A DNA stretch of 63,931 nucleotides, counting the filler, from Reclinomonas americana ATCC 50394 (taxonomy: Eukaryota), in NCBI GenBank assembly GCA_048213135.1. It is 23 parts of 23 records of this genome, joined end to end, with 100 filler letters (N's around TTAATTAATTAA, not from the genome) between each part and the next. Parts side by side here need not be neighbours in the genome. Positions count along the whole stretch, not along the records: positions 26,442 to 27,703 come from AFZH01023015.1; positions 27,804 to 30,148 come from AFZH01023016.1; positions 30,249 to 35,599 come from AFZH01023017.1; positions 35,700 to 39,902 come from AFZH01023018.1; positions 40,003 to 43,208 come from AFZH01023019.1; 18 more parts are not named here. The stretch is one strand, 5' to 3'. The first letter of the stretch is position 1; the number at the start of each line of letters is the position of its first letter. Positions 27,336-43,093 of this stretch are shown here, in pieces. A program made the position numbers and the translations under genes. Below the pieces are notes generated by a model, which saw only the letters and a list, made by a program, of their open reading frames with translations, did no database searches and was not told the origin of the DNA.

Positions 27336-27427
27336 GAAGCGAGAAGAGCGAAGGGTGCAGCAAAAGCACGAGCATGTGGCACACGAGCAACTGCTGCGTG
27401 AAAGAACGATAGTGAGCAACACCAACC

Positions 27428-27604
27428 TGTGCCGTGGTGACAGTCGCCTGCACCTCGCCACGCTGCTGCGACAGAATGCGTCCATACGCCTCCGCCACAT
27501 TCGCCGTCTCCACCAAGCGACCATTCTCCGCCATTGTTCCTGTTAAACCAAAAAACAAACAACAATCAACAAACAAGAAGAAGAAGAGGAGAGAGAGAAG
27601 AAGA

Positions 27605-27703
<99 letters not shown>

Positions 27704-28645
27704 NNNNNNNNNNNNNNNNNNNNNNNNNNNNNNNNNNNNNNNNNNNNTTAATTAATTAANNNNNNNNNNNNNNNNNNNNNNNNNNNNNNNNNNNNNNNNN
27801 NNNAAGAGGAGGAGAAAGAAGAAGAAGAAGATGGGGGAAGAAGAAGAACAAGAAGGAGAAGAAGAAGAACAGGAACAAGAAGGAGGAGAAGGAGGAGGAG
27901 TACAAGAAGGAGGAGGAGGAGGAGAAGAAGAAGAACAAGAAGACGAGACTGAATGACTCACCAAAGAACTGAGTGGTGAGCGCGCTGTACTTGGCCTCCT
28001 GCAGGAACGACGTCATGCGCTGCTTCTTCTCAAGCTTCGCAATCGTCGGGTCCTCTGTAAACACACACACACACACACACACATTCATGATAAGAAAAAA
28101 CCGTCGTCATCACACATACATGCGCGAGAAAAAAACGCAACTCAAAAAGTACTCGAATGCCTTGCTCTTGCTCGCCAACTCGGTGACATTGTTGAGCTCC
28201 TGCACACAGACACACAAGTAAGCAAACCACCCTCTCTCTGTGCGTGTCTGCTCTTCTTCTTCTCCTCTCACCTCTGCAACCTTGTCAACGCTGTTCTCCT
28301 TGGCGGCGGCCGAGAAGAGCGCCTTGGCGTAGCGACCCGCTGCACCAGTGACACCAGCCTGTGCACACAAAGAGAGGGGAAAAGAGTGAGTGTGCAATGT
28401 TGATGGCCATCAACACACACTCTCTTTTCTCTGTCTCTGTTTTTTCTCGCGCGCGCAACAATGTTAATGGCGGCATTGAAGGTGGACTTGGCGGTCTCTG
28501 AGGTGGCGGCGGTGACCGAGGCCTTGCCCTTCTTTGCGGATGCCGGCTTGCTGTTGTCGGTGGAGAACATGGCGGCAGTGCGCGGGAAGAGGGAGGTGCG
28601 CGTGGGCGCAAAGGCCAGAGAGAGCACGCGGCGTGCGGCGAGCAT
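27428..28645 (-). CDS. ATP5PO: Mitochondrial ATP synthase OSCP subunit, 3' partial
   Basis: Presequence MLAARRVLSLAFAPTRTSLFPRTAAMFS, then GAAGRYAKALFSAA, FLKDPTI, QFF|GTMAENGRL and RGEVQATVTTAQ. The remainder is lost in the gap at 26342. Confidence 0.92.
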
Positions 28646-29115
28646 CTTTTGATACGTGTGTTCGTTTGTGTGGGAGAGAGTAGGACACCACAGGACAACG
28701 CAATGTGCTGCGTTATTTACGTATTATGGTCGCGCTGCAGATGAGTTGCGCGCCCACCAACCGCATCGCGCTGGGATCGAGCGAACGCAGCAGTTGTCGA
28801 CGTTTTTTTTTCCATAGTTGCGGGCCTTGTTCGAATTCATGATCACAAAGTCGTCGAGAGTGCACGACTCGGAGACGCGACAGGCTTGGTCTGCAACAGG
28901 GAGCAACGGGGCTAAGAAAGAGAGAAGGGGAAAGAAGAACGAAAAAAAGAGGAAGAGGGCGAAGAAGGGGAGGGAGGGATCCGGATCCGGAACAGAATGT
29001 CGACGTTTTTTTCCCTCAGAGTTTTTCCATGATGTATCCTCCACTGTAACTGTCATGAAACGCGCATAGGGCGGCACGACGTGGTTCAGCTACGTACAAG
29101 CGCGAGGGAAAGTAG

Positions 29116-30148
29116 GTGGCGCACTGTTTTGAAATGCGCGAGTTGACTCCAGGCATTGATCAGATTCCGTACGAGCTCTATCAGACCCTAGCTTCGGAGA
29201 AGATAGATGAGGAGGCGAAGTTCTTGAAAGTCCTGTCACACATCACGCAGCTTGTCCTCCTCCACCGCCGTGCACCGTACTCTATGCGTACCAGGAAAGT
29301 CATTCACATCTGGAAGAAGAAAGGAGACCCAGACACCCACGCCACTGACCTTGACTACTTCCGACCGATCTCTCTGCAGTGCACCCTCTACAAGATCACG
29401 AGTCTGTACATCTCTCGCTACATCCTGCAGCCGATCGGAGAAGCCCTCAACCTGCACTGCGACGAGCAACAAGGCTTCCGGATGGACTCGGACGGGTGCA
29501 TGCAACACTTCTTCGTGGCCGACAGTGTGGGCGGCGATTTCATCAGACACGCGGAACATTGGGGCCAGCAGCGTGAGCAGCAGATGGCGGAGAACGGCGA
29601 GGAGGGAGAGAACAACTTGATCGTCCTCCTCCTCGACTACAAGCGTGCCTACGATTCTGTGTGCCCTGAGCTGATTGATCTCACTCTGAAAGCGATGAAC
29701 TTCCCTCCCTACATCATCGACATGGTGGCAGACTGGATGCGGTACATGCCGTTCTTCGCGGCATGCAAGGACGGTCACCACACCAGGATCATGCACCAGA
29801 AGGTCGGCGTCCCCCAAGGCGACGTGTTGAGTCCGTTCATCTTCAACCTCGTGGCCTCCATCTTCATCCGCCGCGTCAAGCAGCTGGAAGTCGGTTACCG
29901 CTTTGCCAAGGATCCCTCCATCTGTGTTCACGTATCCGCCTTTGCTGATGATCGCCACGTGTGTCTCTCATCGGTGCAACAAGCGCAGACGGTCCTGGAC
30001 GAGTCGCAACGGATCGGCGAGTGGTCTGGCGTCAAGGACAACCCGGAGAAGTCGTTGGTCTTTGCGATCCGCGCCGTCAAGAAACAGGCCCAGCAACACT
30101 CCAGCTACGTGCTAGAAGAGTTTGACCCGAACCTCTCCCACTCGGAGC
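29116..30148 (+). CDS. Non-LTR reverse transcriptase domain
   Basis: TPGIDQIPYE, FRPISLQCTLYKI, EQQGFR, GCMQH, LLDYKRAYDSV, GVPQGDVLSPFIFNL, AFADD, NPEKS. The frame is open up to the gap. Confidence 0.95.
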
Positions 30149-31960
30149 NNNNNNNNNNNNNNNNNNNNNNNNNNNNNNNNNNNNNNNNNNNNTTAATTAA
30201 TTAANNNNNNNNNNNNNNNNNNNNNNNNNNNNNNNNNNNNNNNNNNNNAGACCTCACAGCAACCTTACTCAGCGAGATTGACACCAAGATCAGAGAGGCA
30301 GTGAGAGCTATCACAGGACTATCGAAAGGTAGTGGCAACGCAGTGATAGAGACACCGCTTTCCATGGGTGGCCTGGGACTCCATCCTCTGGCTGACCGTC
30401 GAGCACCACTCCTCATCTCGTCGGCACACAAACTCCTCACGAGCACGCGCAACCTCGTCAGAAACGTTGCAAACAGGGTGAAGACAGACACGATGGAGAA
30501 GTTTGCACTCTTGCCCGACAACGCTGTCCCTCCCACCAATCACCTGTTCAAGAGAGAAGTCGTGCAGAACCACAAGGAGCTGCACCGCCAGCAGGTAGAC
30601 GTCAATGCTCCCCCCCGTTTCTTTGACTTTCCCTTTGTCGCGAGAGAAGACGGTACCTTTGTGTTCGATGGTCAGCAGCCAGGAAAGACAGACAAGGCAG
30701 AGAACATCATCGCCACCGCAGCCACTCTAGCAGCGAAGCACAGGTACAGCGTAGACTCCTACACTGACCCAGTCACTCAGAAAGTCACCACTATTGGCCG
30801 TCTCCCCGACAACACGACTGTCTTTCCGTTCACCGAGAAGTTTCTGAAGTCTGTCAACAAGTTTCAAGGAAGAGAGAAGTCCGAGAAGTGGACCGAAGAA
30901 GTGGTAACAGAAGACGGAGACATACGCCCGAGAAAGTCAGGTCGCTTTGCTTTCACTTACCGTCACGGTGCTGGTGCACACGACTGCTTGAAAATCGGTC
31001 GTGGTCTGTACCCGAAGCAACAGTCTTTCGCCTTGAAACTGCGCACCAACTCCCTCTATCTCAACGCTACACGCGCGAAGAATAGCCACGTTTATAACCC
31101 CATTATGGCTAGCTGCAGAGTGTGTAACAAGGGACAGGCGGAGACAGTGGCGCACCTCTTGTGCTGGTGTGAGGCGCAGAAAGACAATGTGACTAGTCGG
31201 CACAACAGAGTGGCAACGATCTTGCACGAGGAACTCAGAGACTCGAGTGTGCACAGCAAGGCAGTTTTCTACACTGAGAAAGTACCGCAGAACTTGTTGG
31301 CAGCAGGAGAAGAGCAGTTGGCGCAGCTGAAACCAGACATCGTGGCTGTGACTCGAGCAGGTCCAGGAGTTGACGCGCAGGTGACGAAGGTACTCATTGT
31401 GGAGCTCACCGTGGCGTACCCCAAGGACGAAGAGGCGCTGCAGAAGGCGTACGACCGCAAGCTGGAGAAGTACTCGGAGCTGGTGGAGAAGATCCGGGCG
31501 CACACTGGAGCGGCTGTTACGTACGTGCCGATTGTTTTCACTCAAGTTGGCTCGTGTGCACAGACCACCCGGGCGTCGCTGAGGAAGATGGGCATCGAGA
31601 GCAGCCAGTTGCGCCGAGTGGTGGACCGGTGCTGCGTGGAGATCCTTCGGGCGGACTATGCGATGTTCGCTTTCCGGTGTGCAGGCGGCAAGCCGGCTCA
31701 AGCAAACAATCCCCCACCCGCCGCAGCCGCGCCGCAGCCTCAGGGCAACTAGACCCATCGCGTCGCTACTGCAGCACCCAGCTTCAACGAGTTCAGCGTC
31801 TACCTACGGCCGCTGACAACATATGCGCCACGAAATCCTTTTGAGGCCAACACGTGTTTGATTGGCTTTGCCTCCTGGAAGGGAAGATGACTGCTGGAGA
31901 AGAGATAGTAGTGATAGTGTGCCAAGGTCATTGTCGGCAAGGGATTTGTGGACATTTGTC
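29140..31960 (+). mobile_element. 5'-truncated non-LTR retrotransposon of the RLE (R2-group) type; 3' boundary approximate
   Basis: Intronless ORF with an RT domain and a C-terminal CCHC knuckle plus PD-(D/E)xK endonuclease. It starts abruptly at RT subdomain 0. No LTRs, poly(A) or TSD were recognised. Confidence 0.9.
30249..31752 (+). CDS. Retrotransposon thumb/linker, CCHC zinc knuckle and restriction-like endonuclease (same ORF after the gap)
   Basis: PLSMGGLGL, CRVCNKGQAETVAHLLCWC, SRHNRV, KPDIV, IVELTVAY, AYDRKLEKYSEL, VPIVFTQVG; TAG at 31750-31752. Confidence 0.93.
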
Positions 31961-32053
31961 GCATTATTGGAATGTGGTGAATGAAGTGTTTTGTTTCTCC
32001 GACGATGCTTGTCCCGACGTCGTCAATCGTTCCTCACTCTCTCTCATACGTAC

Positions 32054-33207
32054 ATGGGAAAGCGCCACTCCAAGCCGCTTCCTATCATCTCTCTGCAGGA
32101 GGCAGAAGCTCGATGTGCGTAACTCTCTTGACACACACTCTCTCTCTCTCTGTGTCTGTTGCACCTGCTGACGCACTCGTGCACACACAGTGAGTGCCAG
32201 CGAGTTCATGGAGCTCGAGCGCCTGTTTGAGGGCGCAGCACGCGCAGACAAGACTGTGGGTCATGTTGCGTCTCTCAGAATCTCTCTCACACACACACAC
32301 ACTCACTCTGCGACCAATACACAGCTGTCACGAGAATCCTTTTGCACAATGTTAGCCCCTCGATTCAAGAGTGTCGGAGTTCCCGTAAGCAGACTCTTTG
32401 AGGTGGTCGACGCGGACTCGAGTGGCGATGTGGACTTTGTTTCGTGCACACTGAGATCCCTCTCCCCACTCTCACGTTGCTGACTGTGTGCAGGAGGAGT
32501 TTGTCAGTGCCATGACAGCACTCGGGCCAAGAGGCACCCCGCAGGAGAAGATGACGTTTCTGTTCCAGTCGTTTGACTTGGACGGCAATGGCGAGCTGGA
32601 TCGCAAGGAGATTGGCACGATTCTCTCGGCGCAAATGGATAGTGTGGTTGCGTTGGCCGTCGCTTGTTGTCCGCGTCGCATGTGTGTGTGTCTATGTGCA
32701 TCAACGTGTTTGTCTGTAGCGAGAGGAGCTCGATGCGGACGTGGCGCACATGGTGTCGTCGCACAAGGACGTGTTGCAGAAGCTCGTCGACAAGACAGTC
32801 ACGGAGGTGTGTTGCGTGTCGTGCCTCGCGCTTGCTGCTGTCTCTCTTTCGCTCATCGCTCCCTGCTGCAGTTGTTTGAACAGGTCTCGTAGTCCTCGTG
32901 TTCTTCGCCGCAATGGGAGTGTTTCCATTCACTGTTTTTCCCCCTGTGCAGCTGGACACCAACAATGACAATCGGATTTCGCTGGACGAGTGGCTGGAGG
33001 GCCTCAATGTGTGCCCGCTGCTGAAGCTGTGGGCCGCCACCATTGAAGTGCGTCTCCTCTGCCCACCTCCCTGTCGTGAGCGCGTGTTAGATAACTTCTT
33101 CCTTCGTGTGACAGGGGCGTGCAAGTGAAGCGCTGATGGAAATGGGCGTGGAGTCGCTCATCAAGACACGGTCCGGGCGTCAGGTGGTGCAATGCGAGAC
33201 GCAGTAG
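32054..33207 (+). CDS. Predicted N-myristoylated EF-hand calcium sensor (NCS/recoverin or calcineurin-B-like)
   Basis: MGKRHSK start. EF loops DADSSGDVDF|EE, DLDGNGELDRKE and DTNNDNRISLDE. RGTPQEKMTFLFQSFD resembles the NCS motif RGxxxEKLxWAFxxYD. Ends QVVQCETQ* (TAG 33205-33207). Confidence 0.9.
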
Positions 33208-33319
33208 TGTGTAATAGTCATCCAATATTTGTGCATACACAACAAGAGTTCGTTTTGTTCTTTTTAATGATGACGTCCAGCGTTACACTGAGCTGTGCTG
33301 GAGGAGACGAGGGACGCGG

Positions 33320-36522
<3,203 letters not shown>

Positions 36523-36637
36523 TGCTCTCACTCTTTGTATTGACAAACGTCGACAGGACACACGCAGGACCTTAACTCTTTCGAGTGCGTTTTATGAGAA
36601 AAGCGACCCCGCCGACCCTTTCTTCACCAACTATCCG
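36523..36637. promoter_or_regulatory. Putative bidirectional promoter (115 bp between divergent ATGs)
   Basis: The CaMK ATG (36522, -) and the inferred IFRD ATG (36638, +) are head to head. Confidence 0.5.
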
Positions 36638-39600
36638 ATGGGTAAATGTTGCGTACATGGTCAGCACACAAAAAAACGCACAAACAATTTTTTTAGTGGA
36701 AGATGCGGTCTATTTGTGGATCCTTTGACACGCACTTTCTCACGCAAAACAGCACGAGGTCCGCTGAGTTCCTCTGCCAGCACTGGAGATCTCCAGGAGA
36801 TGAGTGGCGGTGGAGCAGAAGGTGAGAGAGAAATTTGTGTGACCGTTTTGTTGGGTTTCTCCTCGTGATGTGCATCAACACGCGCCCTCACTCTTTTCTC
36901 ACACTCACTCGCGAAAAGGTATTGTGGGGGCAATTGAGGATTTGAGGTGAGTGGCCCCTCTTTGTGTGTGTGAGTGTGTGTGAGAGAGAGAGTGATTGAT
37001 TTGTGTGTTTGTGTTCTGTGTTGTTTGTTTTCAGCGAGAAGCGTGCTGCGGTGCGCGAGGCGGCGTTTGGGAGGATTATCACGGGACTTAGTCAGCAGTT
37101 TGCGGTGCAAGAGCTGGAGTCTCAGTTGAGTGCCTGTCAATGTGTCCTCTCTCTCACGCGCGCGCGCTCTCTCTCGCTGTGTGTTGTGCTAACGTGTTTG
37201 TTGTGTGTAGCACTGGGTCTCTGATTGACCGATGCAATTCTGCATTGAACAAGAGCGGCACATCGCCAAAGGAAAAGGTCTGTTGTCTGCCCCTCCCTTC
37301 CTTGATTGTCCTCCTTGTCTCCTTCTCTCTCTCTCCTCCTCCTCCTCCTCTTTCTTCTCCCTTGCAGCTCTTCTTGTCGCTTTGTTGCGCTCCTGATCGC
37401 TCTCATTGTCCCTCTCGTTGACTATCTCTTGCTGTCACTCTTCGCCCTCCTAATCACTTGTCCCTTCCCTTCCCTCCTTCCTCTCTTTCTCCCTCTCCTT
37501 GTCCCTCTCCTTCTCCCTCTCCTTCTCCCTCTCCTTCTCCCTCTCCTTCTCCCTCTCCTTCTCCCTCTCCTTCTCCCTCTCCTTTTCCCTCTCCTTTCCC
37601 TCTCCTTCTCCCTCTCCCTCTCCCTCTCGCTCTCCCTCTCCCCTCTCTCTCCCTCTCCCTCCCGCCTTCTCCCTCTCCCTCTCCCTCTCCCTCTCTTTCC
37701 TCCTCCTCCCTCTTCCACTCACCTTGCCTTCACCCCCCACAGTCCATGGCGCTGAGCTGCCTGGCACTGGTCACTGTCAGTCTGGGAAATGATGGGATGG
37801 CGGCGGGCCTGTCGACCTCGCACGAGCTGTTGCAGCGCATGGCCTTCCATCCGAACGGCCTGGCGCCGCTGCTGCGCGCGCAGTCGTTGGTGGTGTTGTC
37901 GCTGCTGGAATTCGTGTGCGACATTGACACCACGCCACTGGCACTCATGCAGCGCCTGCTGGCGCTGCTGCAGAGCGACGCTGCGGCGACGCCGCAGGTC
38001 CGTGAGGCGGCGCTGGCGGCGTGGGGCTTGCAGGCGTCGTTGGTGGATCAGTCGACGCTGGCGGGCCAGGTGTGCGACGAGTCGTTTGAGACCATGTCGC
38101 ACTGCTTGTCGTCGGGCGGTGAGGCGCCGGAGGAGGTCAGCATGCGCGTGGCGGCCGCCTGCAACATTTGCCTTGTGTGTGAGGTGCGTGTAGTGGAGGA
38201 GATTGATGAGAGATTGAGAAAGAGAGAGACGCATCCTTCTTTTCCTCACTCTTTCCCTCCATCGGTGCAGGCGCGCATGGACATGCTAGTGTACGGAAAC
38301 GACGATGACGAGCTGTACCACGAGTTGCAGGGTGTCATGGACAATGTCGATGCACTGTCGCACGTCAAGCTGGTCGGCAAGAGCTACACGACGGATCTGC
38401 GCACGCGCACTCGTCAGATGAGCGCATTCCTGGCGGTTCGTACATGTCGAACACACATGGAGCTGATCTGGCTCCCCGTTTACTCCTCTTCCTTGAACTC
38501 GTTTTACTTGAGTCCACACGCCTTTTTTCCCAATCCCCACTTTCGTCGATCCCTTTCTCCTTGTCTCTTCCTCTCCTCTCTCTCTCTCTCTCTTGCTTCT
38601 CCAGTCTCCCTTCTCCCTCTCCCTTCTCCCTCTCCCTCTTGCCTCTCCCTTCTCCCTTCTCCCTTCTCCCTCCTCCCTCTATCTCGCCCGCTCACGCATC
38701 CTTGTCACGCAGGATCAAGAGCCGCCGCACGACTCGTACAAATTCGGCGACGAGTCGTTGGATCTGACGACCTGGCGTGCCATTACTCAGTTCGACATTG
38801 TGCGCGGTGTGCTCACTGGCGGAATCGGCGCGCACATGGCGGACAACGAGCTGCTGCGCAACATCTTCTCGTCGTATCTGGAGTCGCGGCGCAAGCTGGT
38901 CGGTCTCGCCAAGGTCTGTTCGTCAGTTGACATTGTCCCCCTCCCTCAATCTATTGTATGCCGTTCACACTTGTCTCCGTTGCCCATTCTTTCTTGTTCC
39001 CTTTTTTTGTGTTGCCCTCCTCTCTTCCTCCTTTTCCCCTCCCTCAATCCCCTCGCTTTCCTTCTTCTGTCTCCTTTCCCTCATTTCTTCTCAACTTTTC
39101 TTCACCTGTTTCCCCTTTCTTATCCTCTCGCCTTCCTTTCCCTCTTCTCCCTCTCCCTCTTCTCCTTTATTTTCCTGTTTACCCCCTCCGCATCTCCCTC
39201 CCTTATCTCTTTCACATCCTTGTTTCACCTCTTCCGTTTCCCCCTCTCATTCCCTCTTTCCCTTCCCTTCCTGTACTCCTCTCTTCTCATTTTCCTTCCT
39301 GACATCCTCTCATCCCCCTCTCTCTCCACTCTTCCCTCTTCCCCCTCCACTCTTCTCCTTTCTTTCCCTGTCTTCCCCCTCCGCATCCCCCTCCCTTATC
39401 TCTTTCCCTCGGTTTCTCACATCCTTGTTTCACCTCTTCCGTTTCCCCCTCTCATTCCCTCTTTCCCTTCCCTTCCTTTCATCCTTTCATCTCCTCTCTT
39501 TCTCATTCTCTCTTCCCCCTCTCTCCCCTCTTCCCTCTTCCCTCTCCCTCTTCTCCTTTCTTTCCCTGTTCTCCCCCTCTGCATCCCCCTCCCTTTTCTC

Positions 39601-39902
39601 TTCCTTCGGCTCCTCATCCTTTTTCACCTCTTCCCTCCTCTCATTCCCTCGTCCTCCTCTCCTTCCTATCCTCTTCTATTCTTATATCCCATTTAATTAT
39701 CCTCTCATCTCCTTCCCCCTCCTTCCGCCTCCCTTCGCCCTTCCCTCTCCCTTCCGCCTCCCTTCTCCCCCTTTACCCTCTTCCCCCCTTCCCCTTTTCT
39801 CCCCCTTCCCCTTTTTTCTCCACCTTTCCCCCTTTTCTCCCCCTTGCTCACCCTCCCCCTCCACCCCCACAGCGCCGCGTGCAATCCTCCAACTCTCTGG
39901 CG
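36638..39902 (+). CDS. IFRD: Interferon-related developmental regulator (IFRD) family ARM-like protein, 3' partial
   Basis: AIEDLSEKRAAVREAA, AALAAWGL, EEVSMRVAAACNICLVCE, and PHDSYKFGDESLDLTTW...FDIVRGVLTGGIGAHMADNELLRNIF, which matches the IFRD1 C-terminal pattern. The start is inferred at 36638 (MGK|SRG); 36800 is an alternative. Confidence 0.85.
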
Positions 39903-40557
39903 NNNNNNNNNNNNNNNNNNNNNNNNNNNNNNNNNNNNNNNNNNNNTTAATTAATTAANNNNNNNNNNNNNNNNNNNNNNNNNNNNNNNNNNNNNNNNNN
40001 NNCCCCTGAATGCGCGCAGTCGAGTGCCAACCTCTTTTCCGTTCACGATACATGTGTGTTTTTTCTCTTTTCATTTTTTCCATCGACGTACACAATTGTG
40101 TGGAGATTGTTTTTCTTTCCGCCTTGTTTATCTTGTTAACCTGTCGTTTTGTTGGTCTGTGTTGTTGTTGTTGTTGTTGTTGTGTGGTGGTGGTGGTTTG
40201 TGTTTACCGGAGAGTGTTTTATCACTGTTGATTATTGTGTTTCTCTTCGCCGTGTTGTGTTGTGTCGTTAGAGAGAGTGTGTGTGAGAGCGCTTGCGCTC
40301 AGCAGATGCCCTCAGGTGTCGCTCTGATTGTAGACAAGTAAAAAAAAGCAGCAAACAACTCAGCAAATATTGTATGTGCGTGCGTCGTTCATTATTATTA
40401 TTTCCAACGACAGCAGTGACACTCCATTCGGACCACAGGTCCCTGGAGTCGCCAGGCTCGGTTGTCCAGTACCACTTCCCCTCGGGGAGCACCTGGCCAG
40501 GCTTGCGCTGCACACAGCTCTTCTGTGTCTCTTCTTTCCCTTTCCATGACAGCGCCT

Positions 40558-42692
40558 TCAGTTGTCCAGTGTTGTGGCGCGACGGTGTGACGACTTGCCG
40601 GCGAGGGCAGAGGTTGGCGACGTGATTACGGAGCGAAGATCCTTCACCACACGCTGCCGCCGTCGGTGTGCGCGTTGCAGCTCATCATCGGCAGCGTCTG
40701 GAATCTGTTGAAAGCATGCACAAGCATTGAGTTAAACCTTCACCATTCCACTCTCCCCCTCCCTTTTCCCTCAAACGCACCACCACCAGCTCACGCCTCT
40801 CAGATACGGGTCGGAACCGCATCGATGCAGCTGCAGCCACCATTCTCTCCCGCTCCGCAGCCTGCACACGCATCAGCCCTTAGAATCTCGTCACACCCAC
40901 TACGCGATGCCACCCGACAAACCTCCGCCTCCTGTCGCGCCTGCAGCGCCTCCAGCTCCATCTTCTGCTGCCACCGGCGGAGATACTCTTGGTGTTCCTG
41001 TTCTAGCTTGAGACGCCGAGCATTGGCCGCGATTGTCGCCTCTGCGGCCTCCCGTTCGGCCGCCACCGCCGCCGCTTCGGCTGCCGCCACTGCCGCCGCT
41101 GCTGCCTTGGCAGCCGCCTCCTTGGCCTCCGCTTCAGCCTGCATGGCAGCTCGTTGGCTGCGAGAGACCATGACCTTGCGCTCGCACAAGACTCCGTTCT
41201 GTTATTCGCACGCGCCCAGTAAGTCAACCTCGTCCACGAGACACGAGTCTTCCACTCCTACGTACCTCATCGTAATAGTATTCGGTAATCTCCTCCAAAT
41301 CATCCTCTCCGTCGTCGTCGTCATCGTCATCGTCATCCGCGTCATCGCCATCACCTCCACGACGGCCTTTCCTCCTCCCCTTCTTCCCACTTGCGCGTTC
41401 TCCATCCGGACCATCCTCCTCGTCACTGCCCTCGCCATCGACACCTCCACGGCGCACTCGCAACCGCGACCCTGGATTTCCGTCGGCGTCGAGATTCAGC
41501 GGGAGACCGTCGGGGCCGAGTTGGCCATCATCGCCCACCTGACCGCGCAGCTGTGCATCCATCGCGTCCACCCCTCCCGGATCACCGTCGCCGCCTGGAC
41601 CACCATCGGCATCCGGATCGAGATCGTCGGGCGGGGCGTTCGGATCGCGCATCGAGGCCTCCAGTCGCTTCTGCCGCCGAGCGGCACGCCGAAGTGCACG
41701 TTCCTCTTCCGTGAGGCCCTCCATGTCCTCATCGTCTTCGCTATCATCATCATCGTCGTCGTCACCGTCACCTCCGGCTCCGCCACCACGCCGACCACGT
41801 CGACCGCCACCCTTCGCATCATCCGCATCCGCACGCCCCTCTGGCAGCCGCGACGCACCTCGTCGCTTTCCACTACCAGCACCCGTTCCATCGTCATCAT
41901 CGTCGTCACTCGCCCCGCCCGCCATTGACATATCCAACGATCCCGGTCGCCCTCGCGATCGACTGCTACTCGCCCCCGCCCACGAATCAAACTGCACGAG
42001 AGTCGCATCCGAGCTCGGTGTCTCCCGATCAGCAGCAGCAGCAGCCGCAGCAGCAGCCGCAGCAGCAGCAGCATTCAACGACGATCGTTGCAGCTCCTCC
42101 AAGATGCTGCGCCACTGCTCATCGCCACCACTGGCACTCAACGCGGTCCACGAAGGCATCGAGAGCACGCGAGGAGCGGCATTCTTCTTGCGTTTCATGA
42201 ACCATCGTCGCGGGAATCCATGCCTGTCACGACACAGAGATGAGCACGTGAAAGGCACTCTCTCCTCCTCTGCTGCTGCGCATGCGCTCACCGATCAATC
42301 CACTTATCCGACCAACGCAGTGAGTTGGAGGCAGCAGCTGCGGCCGAGTCACTCTTCTTCTTCTTCTCATCGCCATCTTCATCATCTTCACCTGCGCGCT
42401 TCTTGCGACGATCATCATCATCGTCGTCGTCATCATCATCAGGCAGATGCGCATTCGCCTCCTCCTCTTCCTCATCAATATCCTCCACAATCACAGGCGG
42501 TTTAGGCGCGCGAGATGCGGAGGGCGTTGGTGGTGGTGGCGAGGATCGCGACAAAGGCGGCATCACTGAAAATGTGGAGAGAGAGGAGGCCGAGCGGCGG
42601 TGACCACTGGGTGTGCCTGGTGCCCGTCGCTTGTGTAGAGCGGGCGGCACAGGCTCGTGTGCCGAGGCAATGGGAGTCGGCGGTGTGCTCAT
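40558..42692 (-). CDS. Hypothetical low-complexity protein (Pro/Ser, Asp/Gly-rich, Ala/Glu coiled coil)
   Basis: Long GC-rich ORFs 42288-42692, 41224-42291 and 40800-41189 can be joined by short GT-AG introns and end RRATTLDN*. No domain was recognised. Confidence 0.65.
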
Positions 42693-43093
42693 GGCGGTTG
42701 GCGTTTCGCGCCTTTCTTAAGCAGCTCCCTGGCCTTCCGGACGCCGGTATCAATGTGTCATGCGCACGAAGTTCTTGGTTCATTCCACCTCACATAGACA
42801 CACTACCACCACCAAAAAAAGAGAGATATGGGAGCAAAGAGAGATCTTATGGCAGATACATACACGAGCGAGAGAGAGGAGAGAAGGCGTCGCGAGCGTG
42901 CGGTTCGCGGACAGCGAGACACCTCGCCGTCGCAAGAGCGCGCACGTGCGTGCGTTCGTTTGTTGTTGTTGTTGTTTTTGTGTTGGCGCACACAAGTGTA
43001 CACAAAGCGTCACAGAAGTGCACAGGTAAGTACAGAAGGAAGACAATAGAATATCAGTTAAAAAAACACACACAGAGAGAGAGAGCGACGAAC

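Noticed and set aside
23821..27576. Very long ORFs (648, 332, 396 and 376 aa) rich in L/S/F
   Set aside because: They are stop-poor translations of intronic TC microsatellites, and the same applies at 37458-39958. Only the embedded DENND10, OSCP and IFRD exons are coding.
28700..29140. rRNA, U2 snRNA, SL RNA or tRNA target gene at the LINE insertion site
   Set aside because: No recognisable conserved sequence or cloverleaf was seen on either flank by eye. A covariance-model scan is still needed.
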